Shown piece by piece: positions 11,023 to 20,897 of a stretch of 64,000 nucleotides of DNA. Every line of letters begins with the position of its first letter. The first letter of the stretch is position 1. The stretch spans positions 7,091-71,090 of the forward strand of contig CBDUKE010000002.1 in the NCBI GenBank assembly GCA_965367725.1. Direction: 5' to 3'. Source of the DNA: an uncultured Maribacter sp. GTDB lineage: Bacteria; Bacteroidota; Bacteroidia; Flavobacteriales; Flavobacteriaceae. The position numbers and the translations under genes were made by a program. The notes under the pieces were generated by a model, which was given only the letters and a program-made list of their open reading frames with translations, made no database searches and was not told where the DNA came from.

Positions 11023-11910
11023 ATGAGTAAAATGAAAAATGCAATTTCAAAAACACCGGTAAAACTTCTATTATTAGGTATTCTTCTGATGGGTGTTTTT
11101 ATTGGGAACGCACAAGAAAAAATTGGTGGATTGGCACTTTATACGGTGCGGAATGCTATGGGCTTAGATGCCAAAACTACCTTACAAGCGGTGGCCGATG
11201 CTGGTTATAAAAATATAGAGGCTGCGGGTTACGCCGATGGTAAATTCTATAATATGTCCCCAACTGATTTTAAAAAATACCTGGACGAATTAGGATTGAA
11301 CCCTATAAGTACCCACCAGGGTTCAGTAACCCATGATAATGCAGCTGCCATGATGGCCGATGTAAAAGCCGCGGGATTTGAATATTTTGTAATTCCCGTT
11401 CCTCCAATGGGTCTTTTTAAAGTGGACCCGGATACGCGAACCATGGGCATGACCGGAGGTGTCCCCAACTTGGCCGAAATCTTGGATGCCTTAGGTGAAA
11501 AATGTACGGCTGCCGGACTTAAATTATTATACCACAACCACGATTTTGAGTTTATAAAGGATGCGGATGGCATTGTACCCATTGATTATCTCTTGGAACA
11601 TTGCAATCCTGAAAACGTCAATTTTCAGATGGACCTCTATTGGGTCACCAAGGCTGGGGCAGATCCAGTAGCCTATTTTGAAAAATACCCGGGCCGTTTT
11701 AAAATATGGCATGTAAAGGATATGGATGATCAGGGTCGATTCGCTCCAGTAGGGCAGGGTAAAATTGATTTCGCCCGCATTCTTGCCAACAAAGAACTAT
11801 CGGGAATGAAATACTATATGGTAGAGCAGGATAGGACCTTTGATGGACTGGAACCACTGGAGGCCATTAAAATAAGTCATAAAGGCTTGAAGGAAATCGG
11901 GTTTAAATAA
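11023..11910 (+). CDS. Secreted sugar phosphate isomerase/epimerase (xylose isomerase-like TIM barrel)
   Basis: Signal peptide and TIM-barrel family pattern (GYKNIEAAGY, YHNHDFEF, WHVKD, MVEQD). Confidence 0.7.
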   Translation: MSKMKNAISKTPVKLLLLGILLMGVFIGNAQEKIGGLALYTVRNAMGLDAKTTLQAVADAGYKNIEAAGYADGKFYNMSPTDFKKYLDELGLNPISTHQGSVTHDNAAAMMADVKAAGFEYFVIPVPPMGLFKVDPDTRTMGMTGGVPNLAEILDALGEKCTAAGLKLLYHNHDFEFIKDADGIVPIDYLLEHCNPENVNFQMDLYWVTKAGADPVAYFEKYPGRFKIWHVKDMDDQGRFAPVGQGKIDFARILANKELSGMKYYMVEQDRTFDGLEPLEAIKISHKGLKEIGFK

Positions 11911-12075
11911 TCCTTGCTCTATTGAAACCAAATGATTCACCTGTTGTTCAATGGATTAATTTTGTAGTTGGGGGACTTTAAAAAGGATATTCCCAAACTG
12001 AAATTAAATTAATATACAAACCAATTGGGGATGCTTTAAATACCCACGCACCCAATGCTAACAACCTAATTACAA

Positions 12076-14370
12076 ATGAAAGCAATTCCTATAATGACCA
12101 TCCTAACTTGCATTGCCATAACGCTTATGGTAACCAGTTGTGGCCCAAAATTCACCGAAGAGAATAAGGGGGATTTCAGCATAGTAAAAAATGAAGACGG
12201 GAGTACCTTGGGCTATAGCCCAAATTCCGCAGTAAAATTGTTGACGGTAGATCAATACGCCTTTAAGGATTTGAACAAAAACGGTACATTGGATGCTTAT
12301 GAGGATTGGCGTTTGTCTGCCGATGAACGCGCAAAAGACTTGGCTTCCAAAATGACTGTTGAACAAATTTCAGGTCTAATGTTGTATAGTTCACATCAAT
12401 CCATTCCAGGCAGCAGTCGCGGGTTTGGTTCATCGCAATACAACGGCAAACCATTTCCGGAAAGTGGGGCGATTGCCAGTGATCTGTCTGATGAACAAAA
12501 GAAATTTCTACTTGACGATTATTTGAGACATGTTCTAATAACCCGTGTTGAGACTCCGGTTACTTCGGCACAATGGAACAATAATGCACAAGCATATGTA
12601 GAGGGTATTGATTTTGGAATACCGGTCAACACCAGCTCCGATCCAAGGCATGGCAGTGATTCCTATGCGGAATTCAATGCGGGAGCGGGCGGTAAAATCT
12701 CCATGTGGCCCGGTACCTTGGGAATCGCGGCATCTTTTGATCCTGCTTTAATGAAAACGTTCGGCGAAATTGCATCAAAGGAATATCGTGCTTTGGGTAT
12801 TGCAACCGCATTATCCCCGCAAATAGATCTCGCAACCGAACCTAGATGGAGCCGTTTTGACGGTACCATGGGAGAAGACCCTGATTTGGCGACAGATTTG
12901 GCAAGGGCCCTTGTAGACGGATTTCAATCTACTGATGAAGGTGGTTGGGGTTTCGAAAGTGTTAATACCATGGTCAAACATTGGCCTGGTGGTGGCCCTG
13001 AAGAGGGAGGCCGTGACGGTCATTTCGGATATGGAGCTTATGCCGTGTATCCAGGAAAAAATCTAAAAGATCATACACAACCTTTTACCGAAGGGGTATT
13101 TAAGTTGGAAGGTGCTACCAAAAAGGCCTCGGCCGTTATGCCGTATTATACTATTTCTACAGGTGAAGGGGAAGCTGTAGCCAATGGCTACAACAAGTAT
13201 TTGATTACCGATCTCCTAAGGGGCGAATATGGGTACGATGGCGTGCTTTGTACCGATTGGATGATTACCAAGGATGTTTCAGCGATAGATAAATTTGAAG
13301 GAAAACCCTGGGGCGTAGAAACTTTGACCGAAGCAGAACGGCACTATAAGGCCATTGATGCAGGTATGGATCAATTTGGCGGTAATAACGCCATGGGTCC
13401 CGTACTGGAAGCCTATAAAATGGGCGTTGAGGAACATGGTAAGGAATATATGCGCAAGCGTTTTGAATCTTCGGCAGTTCGTTTACTCAAAAATATTTTT
13501 AGGGTCGGATTGTTCGAGAATCCCTATTTGGATATTGCAGAAACTGAAAAAATAGTCGGTAATCCCGAATTTATGAAAGCAGGCTTTGATGCCCAGTTAC
13601 AATCGGTGGTCATGCTCAAGAACCAGCAAAAAATTCTTCCATTGAAAGAAAGACAAAAAGTGTTTGTGCCACAACGTTATATTGCGCCTAGTACCAATTG
13701 GTGGGGAATAGTAACCCCAGAAAAAACAGAATCCCCTTTCAATATCGAAGTAGTAACAAAATATTTTGAAGTTGTTAATAATCCTGAAGAGGCAGATTTT
13801 GCCTTGGTAGGTATTAGAAGTCCGGATGGAGGTGTCGGGTACGATGGTGAAGATTTGGAGAAAGGGGGCAACGGATATGTACCTATTAGCCTGCAATATG
13901 GAACCTATAAGGCGACTGATGCCCGTGAAACCAGTTTGGCAGGCGGCAGTCCGATGGAGGATTTTACCAACCGCAGTTATAAGGATAAAACGGTAACTGC
14001 CAGCAATACGACCGATATGAAACTGGTCAAGGATACAAGGACCAAAATGGGGAACAAACCGGTAATTGTAATCGTGCAAGTTTCAAAACCTATGGTCTTT
14101 TCGGAAATCGAAAAAAACGCTTCTGGGATTCTGGTGCATATGGGCGTTCAAGATCAGGCCCTGATGGATATCATATCAGGTAAGGCCGAGCCCTCTGCCT
14201 TATTGCCGTTTCAAATGCCCACCGATATGAAAACGGTGGAAACGCAATATGAAGATGTCCCCAGGGATATGAAAGCCTATGTTGATTCCGAAGGAAATAC
14301 CTATGATTTTGCCTTTGGATTGAACTGGAATGGAGTAATAGATGATGAAAGGGTAAAAAAATATCAATAA
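12076..14370 (+). CDS. Glycoside hydrolase family 3 (beta-glucosidase-like) lipoprotein
   Basis: Lipobox (MVTSCG). GH3 motifs KHWPGGGPEEGGRDGH and the nucleophile region GVLCTDWM. 764 aa. Confidence 0.85.
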   Translation: MKAIPIMTILTCIAITLMVTSCGPKFTEENKGDFSIVKNEDGSTLGYSPNSAVKLLTVDQYAFKDLNKNGTLDAYEDWRLSADERAKDLASKMTVEQISGLMLYSSHQSIPGSSRGFGSSQYNGKPFPESGAIASDLSDEQKKFLLDDYLRHVLITRVETPVTSAQWNNNAQAYVEGIDFGIPVNTSSDPRHGSDSYAEFNAGAGGKISMWPGTLGIAASFDPALMKTFGEIASKEYRALGIATALSPQIDLATEPRWSRFDGTMGEDPDLATDLARALVDGFQSTDEGGWGFESVNTMVKHWPGGGPEEGGRDGHFGYGAYAVYPGKNLKDHTQPFTEGVFKLEGATKKASAVMPYYTISTGEGEAVANGYNKYLITDLLRGEYGYDGVLCTDWMITKDVSAIDKFEGKPWGVETLTEAERHYKAIDAGMDQFGGNNAMGPVLEAYKMGVEEHGKEYMRKRFESSAVRLLKNIFRVGLFENPYLDIAETEKIVGNPEFMKAGFDAQLQSVVMLKNQQKILPLKERQKVFVPQRYIAPSTNWWGIVTPEKTESPFNIEVVTKYFEVVNNPEEADFALVGIRSPDGGVGYDGEDLEKGGNGYVPISLQYGTYKATDARETSLAGGSPMEDFTNRSYKDKTVTASNTTDMKLVKDTRTKMGNKPVIVIVQVSKPMVFSEIEKNASGILVHMGVQDQALMDIISGKAEPSALLPFQMPTDMKTVETQYEDVPRDMKAYVDSEGNTYDFAFGLNWNGVIDDERVKKYQ

Positions 14371-14435
14371 CCTTTAAACCCTGGACATTATTTTAAGTCT
14401 AAAAGAAAACAACTTTTAACCAATTTATATTTATC

Positions 14436-14933
14436 ATGATAAAAAAAATTCTAATCGGGCTGGGTATAGTACTAGTAATAATCCAGTTTATACGTCCAGA
14501 CAAAAACGAGTCGAATGACCTTACAAATGACATTTCCACTAAATATCAAGTGTCTTCGGAGCTAAACCACTTATTACAAGTTTCTTGTAATGATTGCCAT
14601 TCCAACAAAACAGAGTACCCCTGGTATTCCAATGTACAGCCTGTGGCATGGTGGCTTAATGATCACGTGGTCGATGGAAAAAAACACCTTAATTTTTCAG
14701 AGTTCACTAAAAAACCGCTCTTTGTCCAAAACCATAAGTTTGATGAAATTGTGGAAATGGTAGGGGATAAGGAAATGCCGTTACCTTCGTATACCTATTT
14801 AGGTTTGCATTCAGAGGCTAATTTAACTGATGATCAGCGTAAAATGATTGTCGATTGGGCCAAGGCACAGATGGACTATTTAAAGAGAACCTACCCTGCC
14901 GATAGTTTGGTATTCCCAAAGAGAGACGATTGA
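14436..14933 (+). CDS. Heme-binding domain-containing protein (Haem_bd-like)
   Basis: N-terminal TM segment, then CNDCHSNKTEYPWYSNVQPVAWWLNDHV..GKKHLNFSEF, a pattern I recognise from the haem-binding domain family. Confidence 0.6.
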   Translation: MIKKILIGLGIVLVIIQFIRPDKNESNDLTNDISTKYQVSSELNHLLQVSCNDCHSNKTEYPWYSNVQPVAWWLNDHVVDGKKHLNFSEFTKKPLFVQNHKFDEIVEMVGDKEMPLPSYTYLGLHSEANLTDDQRKMIVDWAKAQMDYLKRTYPADSLVFPKRDD

Positions 14934-14956
14934 GTAGCACACAAATAATCATTCAT

Positions 14957-14993
14957 TTTTCTACCTACCGCAATCCCATAGGTAGGTAGAAAA
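14957..14993. terminator. Bidirectional intrinsic terminator between convergent genes
   Basis: 13-bp stem TTTTCTACCTACC / GGTAGGTAGAAAA with an 11-nt loop. The A and T tracts on either side would serve both strands. Confidence 0.6.
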
Positions 14994-15004
14994 TTCTTTG
15001 GTTC

Positions 15005-15889
15005 CTATTTCAGTTTTTCCTTAAAAAAATCAATGGTTCGCTTCCATGCCAATTCTGCTGCTTCCCGGTCATACCTAGGTGTCGTATCGTTATGAAAGCC
15101 ATGGTTGGCATTTTTGTAAATATAGGCTTTGAATTCTTTTCCATGTTCCTTTAAAGCCGCTTCATAAGCTGGCCATCCTTCATTAACGCGTTTATCCAAC
15201 TCCCCAAAATGCAGTAATAAGGGAGCATTTATTTTATCGATATCCTCTTTAGGTTGGCCGCCATAAAATGGAACTGCAGCCGCTAGGTCAGGAACTTTAA
15301 CCGCCATCATATTAGAGATCCAACCCCCAAAACAAAATCCAACTACACCTACTTTGCCAGAGCATTGAGGATGCGTTTTCAAATGTTCAAAGGCAGCGAT
15401 AAAATCTTCCAACATTTCGTTGCGGTCTCGCTTACGCTGTAATTCGCGACCGTCATCATCATTGCCAGGATAACCTCCTAAGGGTGTTAATGCATCAGGG
15501 GCCAATGAGATAAAACCTGCTAGGCCAGCCCGTCGCCCAACATCTTCAATATGTGGGTTTAATCCGCGATTTTCATGAACCACCACAATGCCCGGAAGCT
15601 TTCCTTGGGCATCAGCAGGTCTGGAAAGCAATCCTTTTATCGCGCCTCCGCCGTTTGGTGAATCATAGGTAATGAATTCGGATTTTAAATTTGGGTCATC
15701 TTGTTTTATTTGAATTTTCTTTACATAATCCGGAGAAATAAAGCCTAATAAAGAGGATACGGTTAGGCCACCTACGGCATAGGTAGATAGTTTGTCCAAA
15801 AATAACCTTCTGCTTACCCTATCGTGGGCATAGTCATCATAGAGGTCAAATACCTCTTGTTTAATATCTTCTTTTTTGATTTTTTTCAT
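15005..15889 (-). CDS. Dienelactone hydrolase family protein (exported)
   Basis: Tat-like N-terminus ([16 protein letters not shown]). DLH nucleophile motif GVVGFCFGG and C-terminal HGF. Confidence 0.85.
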   Translation of the reverse strand: MKKIKKEDIKQEVFDLYDDYAHDRVSRRLFLDKLSTYAVGGLTVSSLLGFISPDYVKKIQIKQDDPNLKSEFITYDSPNGGGAIKGLLSRPADAQGKLPGIVVVHENRGLNPHIEDVGRRAGLAGFISLAPDALTPLGGYPGNDDDGRELQRKRDRNEMLEDFIAAFEHLKTHPQCSGKVGVVGFCFGGWISNMMAVKVPDLAAAVPFYGGQPKEDIDKINAPLLLHFGELDKRVNEGWPAYEAALKEHGKEFKAYIYKNANHGFHNDTTPRYDREAAELAWKRTIDFFKEKLK

Positions 15890-16191
15890 AATGGAATGTG
15901 TTAGTTAAACAAATCAAACTTAAGTCAGGTTCTAAAGAACCTAATTGCTTAATCCATAAAGTATTATAGATAGACTCCTATTGAAAAAAGAATCTAACTA
16001 AAGATAAGAAACCTTTATTAATATCAGGCAGGTCTTGATCATACTTTTGGAGTGAACCTATTTAAGGTATTAACACCAAATAATTACACCTCGTAATGTA
16101 AATATTTTAAAACCTATGAAAAATTACTAGCTAATTGTTGGAAATGTTTATAGACATTTGGATCATGTAAGAACCCCAAAATCCTACTACT

Positions 16192-17457
16192 ATGAGAAAT
16201 ACTTTTACCTACAACGCGGCAATCTTGTTAATTATTACATTATGTTTTAATTCAATAACCGCACAGTCAACAAAAACCTCTAAAATTCAAAAATCAGAAA
16301 TGCATGATACCCATAAGAGGGTAGAGAGTTATATGAAACTCAAAAAATTGGGTTTTGAAGAAAAGGAAATTTTTGAGGATTTAGGAAATGCCAATTTTCT
16401 ATCAGAAAATTACGAGACGGCACTGTTTTGGTATGATAAACTCAAAGGGCATAGCCCCAATGGAGTTTTAAATAATAACTATCAGAAGAGGTATCGATAT
16501 GCTTTAAGAAAGTCTATGGGTATAGAAGCTTCCTCAATGCCAGAGCATCAGGATTGGTTAACAATGATCAAATCTGATTACGAATTGGAACGAAGCCCTT
16601 TACAAAGCAATGCTATCGAATTGGCTGATAATCGCTCATCTAAAGGAGTATTATTAAAAAGTGAATACTTTTCAAATAATCGTACTGCTGGCAAGAATAA
16701 GGCTTATCCGTTAAATCTTGAAAGACTTAATCCTGAAAATGTATACGAATCCCCAATAGTCTTGACCGCTGATGGTAATACGGCTTATTTTAGCAAGTCC
16801 ATTTATCAAAAACCGCTGACTGGTATTTTCTCTAAAAAAGAATTGGTGCATAAAATTTATCAGGCTAAAAAAGTAAATGGTGCATGGAAAAATATTAGGG
16901 AAATTGCTTTATGCCCCAAGTATGCATCAGCACTGCACCCAACAGTTTCCCATGATGGCAAACGATTGTTTTTTGCATCGAACATGCCAGGGAGCTATGG
17001 CGACTATGATATTTATGTTTCTTCAGTGCGCAGTGATGGTAGTTTAGGTGTTGCTAAAAACCTAGGTGATAAGGTAAATACGAAGAAGAATGACCTATAC
17101 CCAAATCTAGTAGGGGGCAAAACGTTGTTTTTTGCCTCTGAAGGGCGCGAGGGTCAAGGCGGATTAGATGTTTTTATGGTTGAGGTAGATCAGAAGAATG
17201 TTGGTTATGCTGTTAATCTAGGAAGCTCGATCAATAGCGAGGAAGATGATTTTACGGTTCGTTTTAAAACAGATGGTGGCATGGGATATGTCGTGTCCAA
17301 TCGTGGAAAAAGCAAAGAAAATGTTCGTCAAGTAGCTTTCTCAATTACCAACCAAGATGAGTCTACGTATCTCAATAAAAAAGAATTCGACATATTGGAA
17401 ATTCTGAACAATGATTTAAAAGTAGATTATACGACTTCGCTCTATGAAGATGAATAG
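16192..17457 (+). CDS. Secreted PD40/TolB-like beta-propeller repeat protein without an OmpA domain
   Basis: Signal peptide and a TPR-like N-terminal stretch. PD40-type repeats are present (DGNTAYFSK, DGKRLFFASNMPGSYGDYDIYVS, GGKTLFFASEGREGQGGLDVFMV). Confidence 0.5.
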   Translation: MRNTFTYNAAILLIITLCFNSITAQSTKTSKIQKSEMHDTHKRVESYMKLKKLGFEEKEIFEDLGNANFLSENYETALFWYDKLKGHSPNGVLNNNYQKRYRYALRKSMGIEASSMPEHQDWLTMIKSDYELERSPLQSNAIELADNRSSKGVLLKSEYFSNNRTAGKNKAYPLNLERLNPENVYESPIVLTADGNTAYFSKSIYQKPLTGIFSKKELVHKIYQAKKVNGAWKNIREIALCPKYASALHPTVSHDGKRLFFASNMPGSYGDYDIYVSSVRSDGSLGVAKNLGDKVNTKKNDLYPNLVGGKTLFFASEGREGQGGLDVFMVEVDQKNVGYAVNLGSSINSEEDDFTVRFKTDGGMGYVVSNRGKSKENVRQVAFSITNQDESTYLNKKEFDILEILNNDLKVDYTTSLYEDE

Positions 17458-17627
17458 TTAAACTGTTTAGAGCCAAAAACAGACAACAGCAGCGGTGATT
17501 ATTATGACCTATATGATTTGTTAAATCACCCACAAATTATGTCTGAATCAATTTGAACAAATGTCGCTAGTTAAATGTGACTATACCCAAGTTTTACATT
17601 ATTACTTAACCCTTATAATCTTATAAC

Positions 17628-19310
17628 ATGAGCACTCATAGCAAAGTAATTAAGATCAGTTTGCTAATGGTATTATCCATGGGTTTAAATATGTCTATCG
17701 TATTTGGCCAGGAAGCAAGCCCAAACTTAAGCTCAAAAAGCACCTATCATAATCAATTGTTTTTTAATAGATTCTTGATCAATCCGACGTTCTCTTTGGT
17801 GCGTGAAAATAAATCCTATTTAAATATTTTACATCGGAATCAGTATGCCACTTTTGATGATAATAATCAGAATTATTATCTTGGATTCAGCAATAGATTA
17901 AATGAAAATACAGCACTGGGCATAGGCGTCTATAGTCAGTGGGCAGGAGTTGTTCAAGAGTTTGGCTTCAATGCCAATTATGCCACTGCGGTACAATTGG
18001 GAGATAAGAGCAAATTAACTTTTGGAACCAATGTCACCTATTTTAATGAAGGTCTTGATAAGAACCGCGTCATAGTCACAGAAAACGATCCTGAGGTCGG
18101 TAAAGCCAATAAAGAAAGTAAAATAGCAATTCAACCTGGAATTACACTTTCTGTTGGTAAGTTTGATTTTGGACTGTATGCCGAGGACCTGATTAAGTTT
18201 AATCAAACCACGAATGAATTTTTAACCCAATTTAATGATAAAAGCATTAAAGCATCAGTACAATACACTCATCTTCTTGGCAATTCAAGAGGATTGTTTG
18301 AAAATGCGAGACTTATGCCTTTAGTACAAATGGGTAAAAATTTGGATGGTTCATTGTCCTATCTTGGATCCGTTCTGTTGGATCTGCCAAATTACGGATG
18401 GTTGCAGTCTACTTTGGATGATGAGTATGGAATGTCGATGGGTCTAGGCTTCAATCTCAATAAAAAAATGTCAATTGGGTATCTTATGGAGAAAGATTTC
18501 AAACAAAAAGACGCCGATCTAGGATGGAATCATGAATTATCCTTAGCCTACACTTTTAAAAATGATGATGATGAAAATAATAGTTATGCAGATAGTTCTC
18601 AAGATGCGAAGATAGACCGTATAGTAAGAAATTATGAAGAGCAGATTTTAAGATTAACTGCCGAGAAGAGTGAAAAGGGCAGTGAAAAGGAGCGTGTGAA
18701 AAAGAAGAATTTTGTATTAGAGAATAATGAGCAGGATTCAAATGCACTAGCCTTTGAAAACCGTCTAATCTTGGATGAATTGATTTTCAGACAAGACTCT
18801 ATTGAAGGTGCCAGGGCTAAAGATTTTGAAAAGAGGTTTGAAACCATTGTAAGGATATTGCGGAATGATTTAAAACAAAGTATCAAATCAAATACCAAAA
18901 GTCATGACACATCGCAGAGCCCAACTTTGGTCGCAAGTAACAACGGACCGGAAGTAGCTAAAAAAATAACTCAAGATCAACATAAGAAATATGAAAAGCT
19001 ACCAATTAAGGTTTTAGACCCATCAGATATCATAGGCGTAAAATCTGGTTATTATGTAATTGCCAATGTTTATAAAAACAAAAAGTATTTGAATGCTTTT
19101 ATGAATTCACTCAAGGAGCAAGGATTGGATGCCAGAAAGTTTTACAACAAGGATAATGGTCTCCATTATGTTTACTTAGCCGATTTTAACTACAAAAAAG
19201 ACGCAGAATCGGCATTCGTCTCCAACCTAAATGGTAAATACCGGGATGAAAAATGGATTATGCAGGTAAATACAACAAATGCCACAGCCGCAAACATATA
19301 TGCTGATTAA
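17628..19310 (+). CDS. PorP/SprF family type IX secretion membrane protein fused to a C-terminal SPOR-like domain
   Basis: The N-terminal half matches the PorP/SprF pattern (YHNQLFFNRFLINPTFS..., HRNQY). A charged coiled-coil linker follows. The C-terminus (GYYVIANVYKNKKYLNAFMNSLKEQGLDARKFYNKDNGLHYVYLADFNYKKDAESAF) fits the SPOR beta-alpha-beta-beta-alpha-beta pattern. Confidence 0.6.
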   Translation: MSTHSKVIKISLLMVLSMGLNMSIVFGQEASPNLSSKSTYHNQLFFNRFLINPTFSLVRENKSYLNILHRNQYATFDDNNQNYYLGFSNRLNENTALGIGVYSQWAGVVQEFGFNANYATAVQLGDKSKLTFGTNVTYFNEGLDKNRVIVTENDPEVGKANKESKIAIQPGITLSVGKFDFGLYAEDLIKFNQTTNEFLTQFNDKSIKASVQYTHLLGNSRGLFENARLMPLVQMGKNLDGSLSYLGSVLLDLPNYGWLQSTLDDEYGMSMGLGFNLNKKMSIGYLMEKDFKQKDADLGWNHELSLAYTFKNDDDENNSYADSSQDAKIDRIVRNYEEQILRLTAEKSEKGSEKERVKKKNFVLENNEQDSNALAFENRLILDELIFRQDSIEGARAKDFEKRFETIVRILRNDLKQSIKSNTKSHDTSQSPTLVASNNGPEVAKKITQDQHKKYEKLPIKVLDPSDIIGVKSGYYVIANVYKNKKYLNAFMNSLKEQGLDARKFYNKDNGLHYVYLADFNYKKDAESAFVSNLNGKYRDEKWIMQVNTTNATAANIYAD

Positions 19311-19441
19311 TGGTTTTAGATTTAACTTAAAAAAGATATATAAATTAATACCTATATAGGGCGAGTTTCAAAGATAAATTCAAGTCCTAAGAAGAAATTG
19401 GGAAAGGTTTCCAATGAGTTGTTTGATTACCGGGTTTAAAG

Positions 19442-19480
19442 GGAGGGGCTATCCAAAGAGATAAAAACCCCTCCTTTTTA
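19442..19480 (+). terminator. Intrinsic terminator after the PorP/SprF-SPOR gene
   Basis: Stem GGAGGGG (19442-19448) / CCCCTCC (19468-19474) followed by TTTTT. Confidence 0.5.
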
Positions 19481-20060
19481 TTTATGGTAATTCACGCCCA
19501 TTTCACGTCTAAAAACTACTGAATCCTTGTATTTCACTCCTGTATTTGAACGAATAAATGTAGGAATCGTACATGTGCTTGTAATATTTTTCTATATTTA
19601 TTCCAGTATTAAACCTAAATCAAATAATATTAACCTTCAAACCCCCAATGAAAATGAAGACCTATCTTAACCTACAGAGTACCGAAAAGTGTATTCAAAA
19701 AGTCGAAATCGAATCAACGGCATCCCAAAGAAAAGACTTTAGCCTAAGCAATGTTAAATACCCAAAGCGTTCTAGTAATAACTTACATCTAGAGCAAGCC
19801 TAAAGACCCTAATAATCGTTTTCAATAGACGGATAATTTTCAATTACTAAATAGAACTAAAATAAGGTACACCTTGTTTAAGCCTAAGTAACTGGATTGC
19901 TGTATCGTTTCAGTGCCTTATTATTTGAATAATGAGGTCAATTGTCCCCATCTTTTGGTTCTGGTTAAATGTGTTATGCACAATATTCAAATCCCGAAAT
20001 TTTATTAATTCTAATTCAATTTTAAATAATTAGACCTATGTAATCAAAATACTATACGTT

Positions 20061-20684
20061 ATGAGATCAGATGTTTTAAAGATTATCGTTGTTGATAATA
20101 ATACATTACTACATGAGGAGTACAATACTTACTTCGAAAATTATAAGGATTTTTCACTTGAAGGCGTTTATTGCTCAATAGAAAATGCCTTATTGGAATA
20201 TGCCATTATATTACCCGATATCATTATTTTGGAAGTAGGTTTTCCATTTTTAACAGGCATACAGGAAATACGCCTTTTTCATAAAAATAATAGGCATGTT
20301 AAGATATTGATGGTCAGTGGTAAATCTGACTTTGAGATTATTAAAAAAGCATTTAAGAATGGTGCGAACGGATATCTAACAAAGCCATTATGTGAAATAC
20401 GTTTACTACGCGCCCTGAAATCAATAAAATATGAAGGTGCGGCGATGAGTAGTGATATTGTGCACAAAGTAATATCAAATTTTCAGGTAAAATCGTATAA
20501 TTTCTTTTCAGAAAGGGAAAACCAAATTATTGATTATTTATGTAGAGGTGCTACCTATAAGATAATTGCGGATAAATTATTTGTTACAACAAGTACTATA
20601 AATTTTCATATCCAAAATATTTATTTAAAATTAAATGTGAATTCAAAATCTGAAGCGCTTACGAAACTACAGGAATTTGAATGA
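20061..20684 (+). CDS. Orphan LuxR/NarL-type response regulator with an atypical receiver (Glu at the phospho-acceptor position)
   Basis: Receiver fold with conserved S (MVSGKSD) and K (YLTKPL). The expected Asp in hhhhDhxhP is Glu (IIILEVGFP, E58, codon gaa 20232-20234), and the acidic pair is DN. C-terminal LuxR HTH (SERENQIIDYLCRGATYKIIADKLFVTTSTINFHIQNIYLKLNV). No kinase gene is adjacent. Confidence 0.8.
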   Translation: MRSDVLKIIVVDNNTLLHEEYNTYFENYKDFSLEGVYCSIENALLEYAIILPDIIILEVGFPFLTGIQEIRLFHKNNRHVKILMVSGKSDFEIIKKAFKNGANGYLTKPLCEIRLLRALKSIKYEGAAMSSDIVHKVISNFQVKSYNFFSERENQIIDYLCRGATYKIIADKLFVTTSTINFHIQNIYLKLNVNSKSEALTKLQEFE

Positions 20685-20831
20685 TTGAGATTGGAATGGC
20701 CAAAGGTGGGTTTAATTTTGAAGATCTGGGGTTGTAAATCACCATTTAATCGAAATTTATTCAGGATTACTTTAGCTTAATTATTAATGGGTATACTGTG
20801 CCAAGTATATTTTCATTTTTGTGATTGATTG

Positions 20832-20861
20832 AAAAAACCTCTGTTAAAACAGAGGTTTTTT
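20832..20861. terminator. Bidirectional intrinsic terminator
   Basis: AAAAAACCTCTG-TTAAAA-CAGAGGTTTTTT lies between convergent genes ending at 20684 and 20898. Confidence 0.65.
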
Positions 20862-20897
20862 ATGAATTAATTTGAGCGTATTAAGGTTTCGGAGGAA

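Noticed and set aside
13597-14079. 160-aa antisense ORF inside GH3. Similar ORFs lie antisense or out of frame within strong genes, for example 6279-6698, 24920-25297, 47376-47768 and 63103-63510.
   Set aside because: They lie entirely within long ORFs that carry clear family motifs, and their composition is typical of shadow frames.
15927-15942. Palindrome AGGTTC-TAAA-GAACCT, 38 bp upstream of the dienelactone hydrolase gene
   Set aside because: It is a single occurrence with short arms and no candidate regulator nearby, so there is not enough to call an operator.
19648-19803. 51-codon ORF (MKMKTYLNLQSTEKC...) in the 750-bp gap
   Set aside because: It has no signal peptide, TM segment or motif. 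It cannot be separated from chance without conservation or expression data, so it is mentioned only in a finding.
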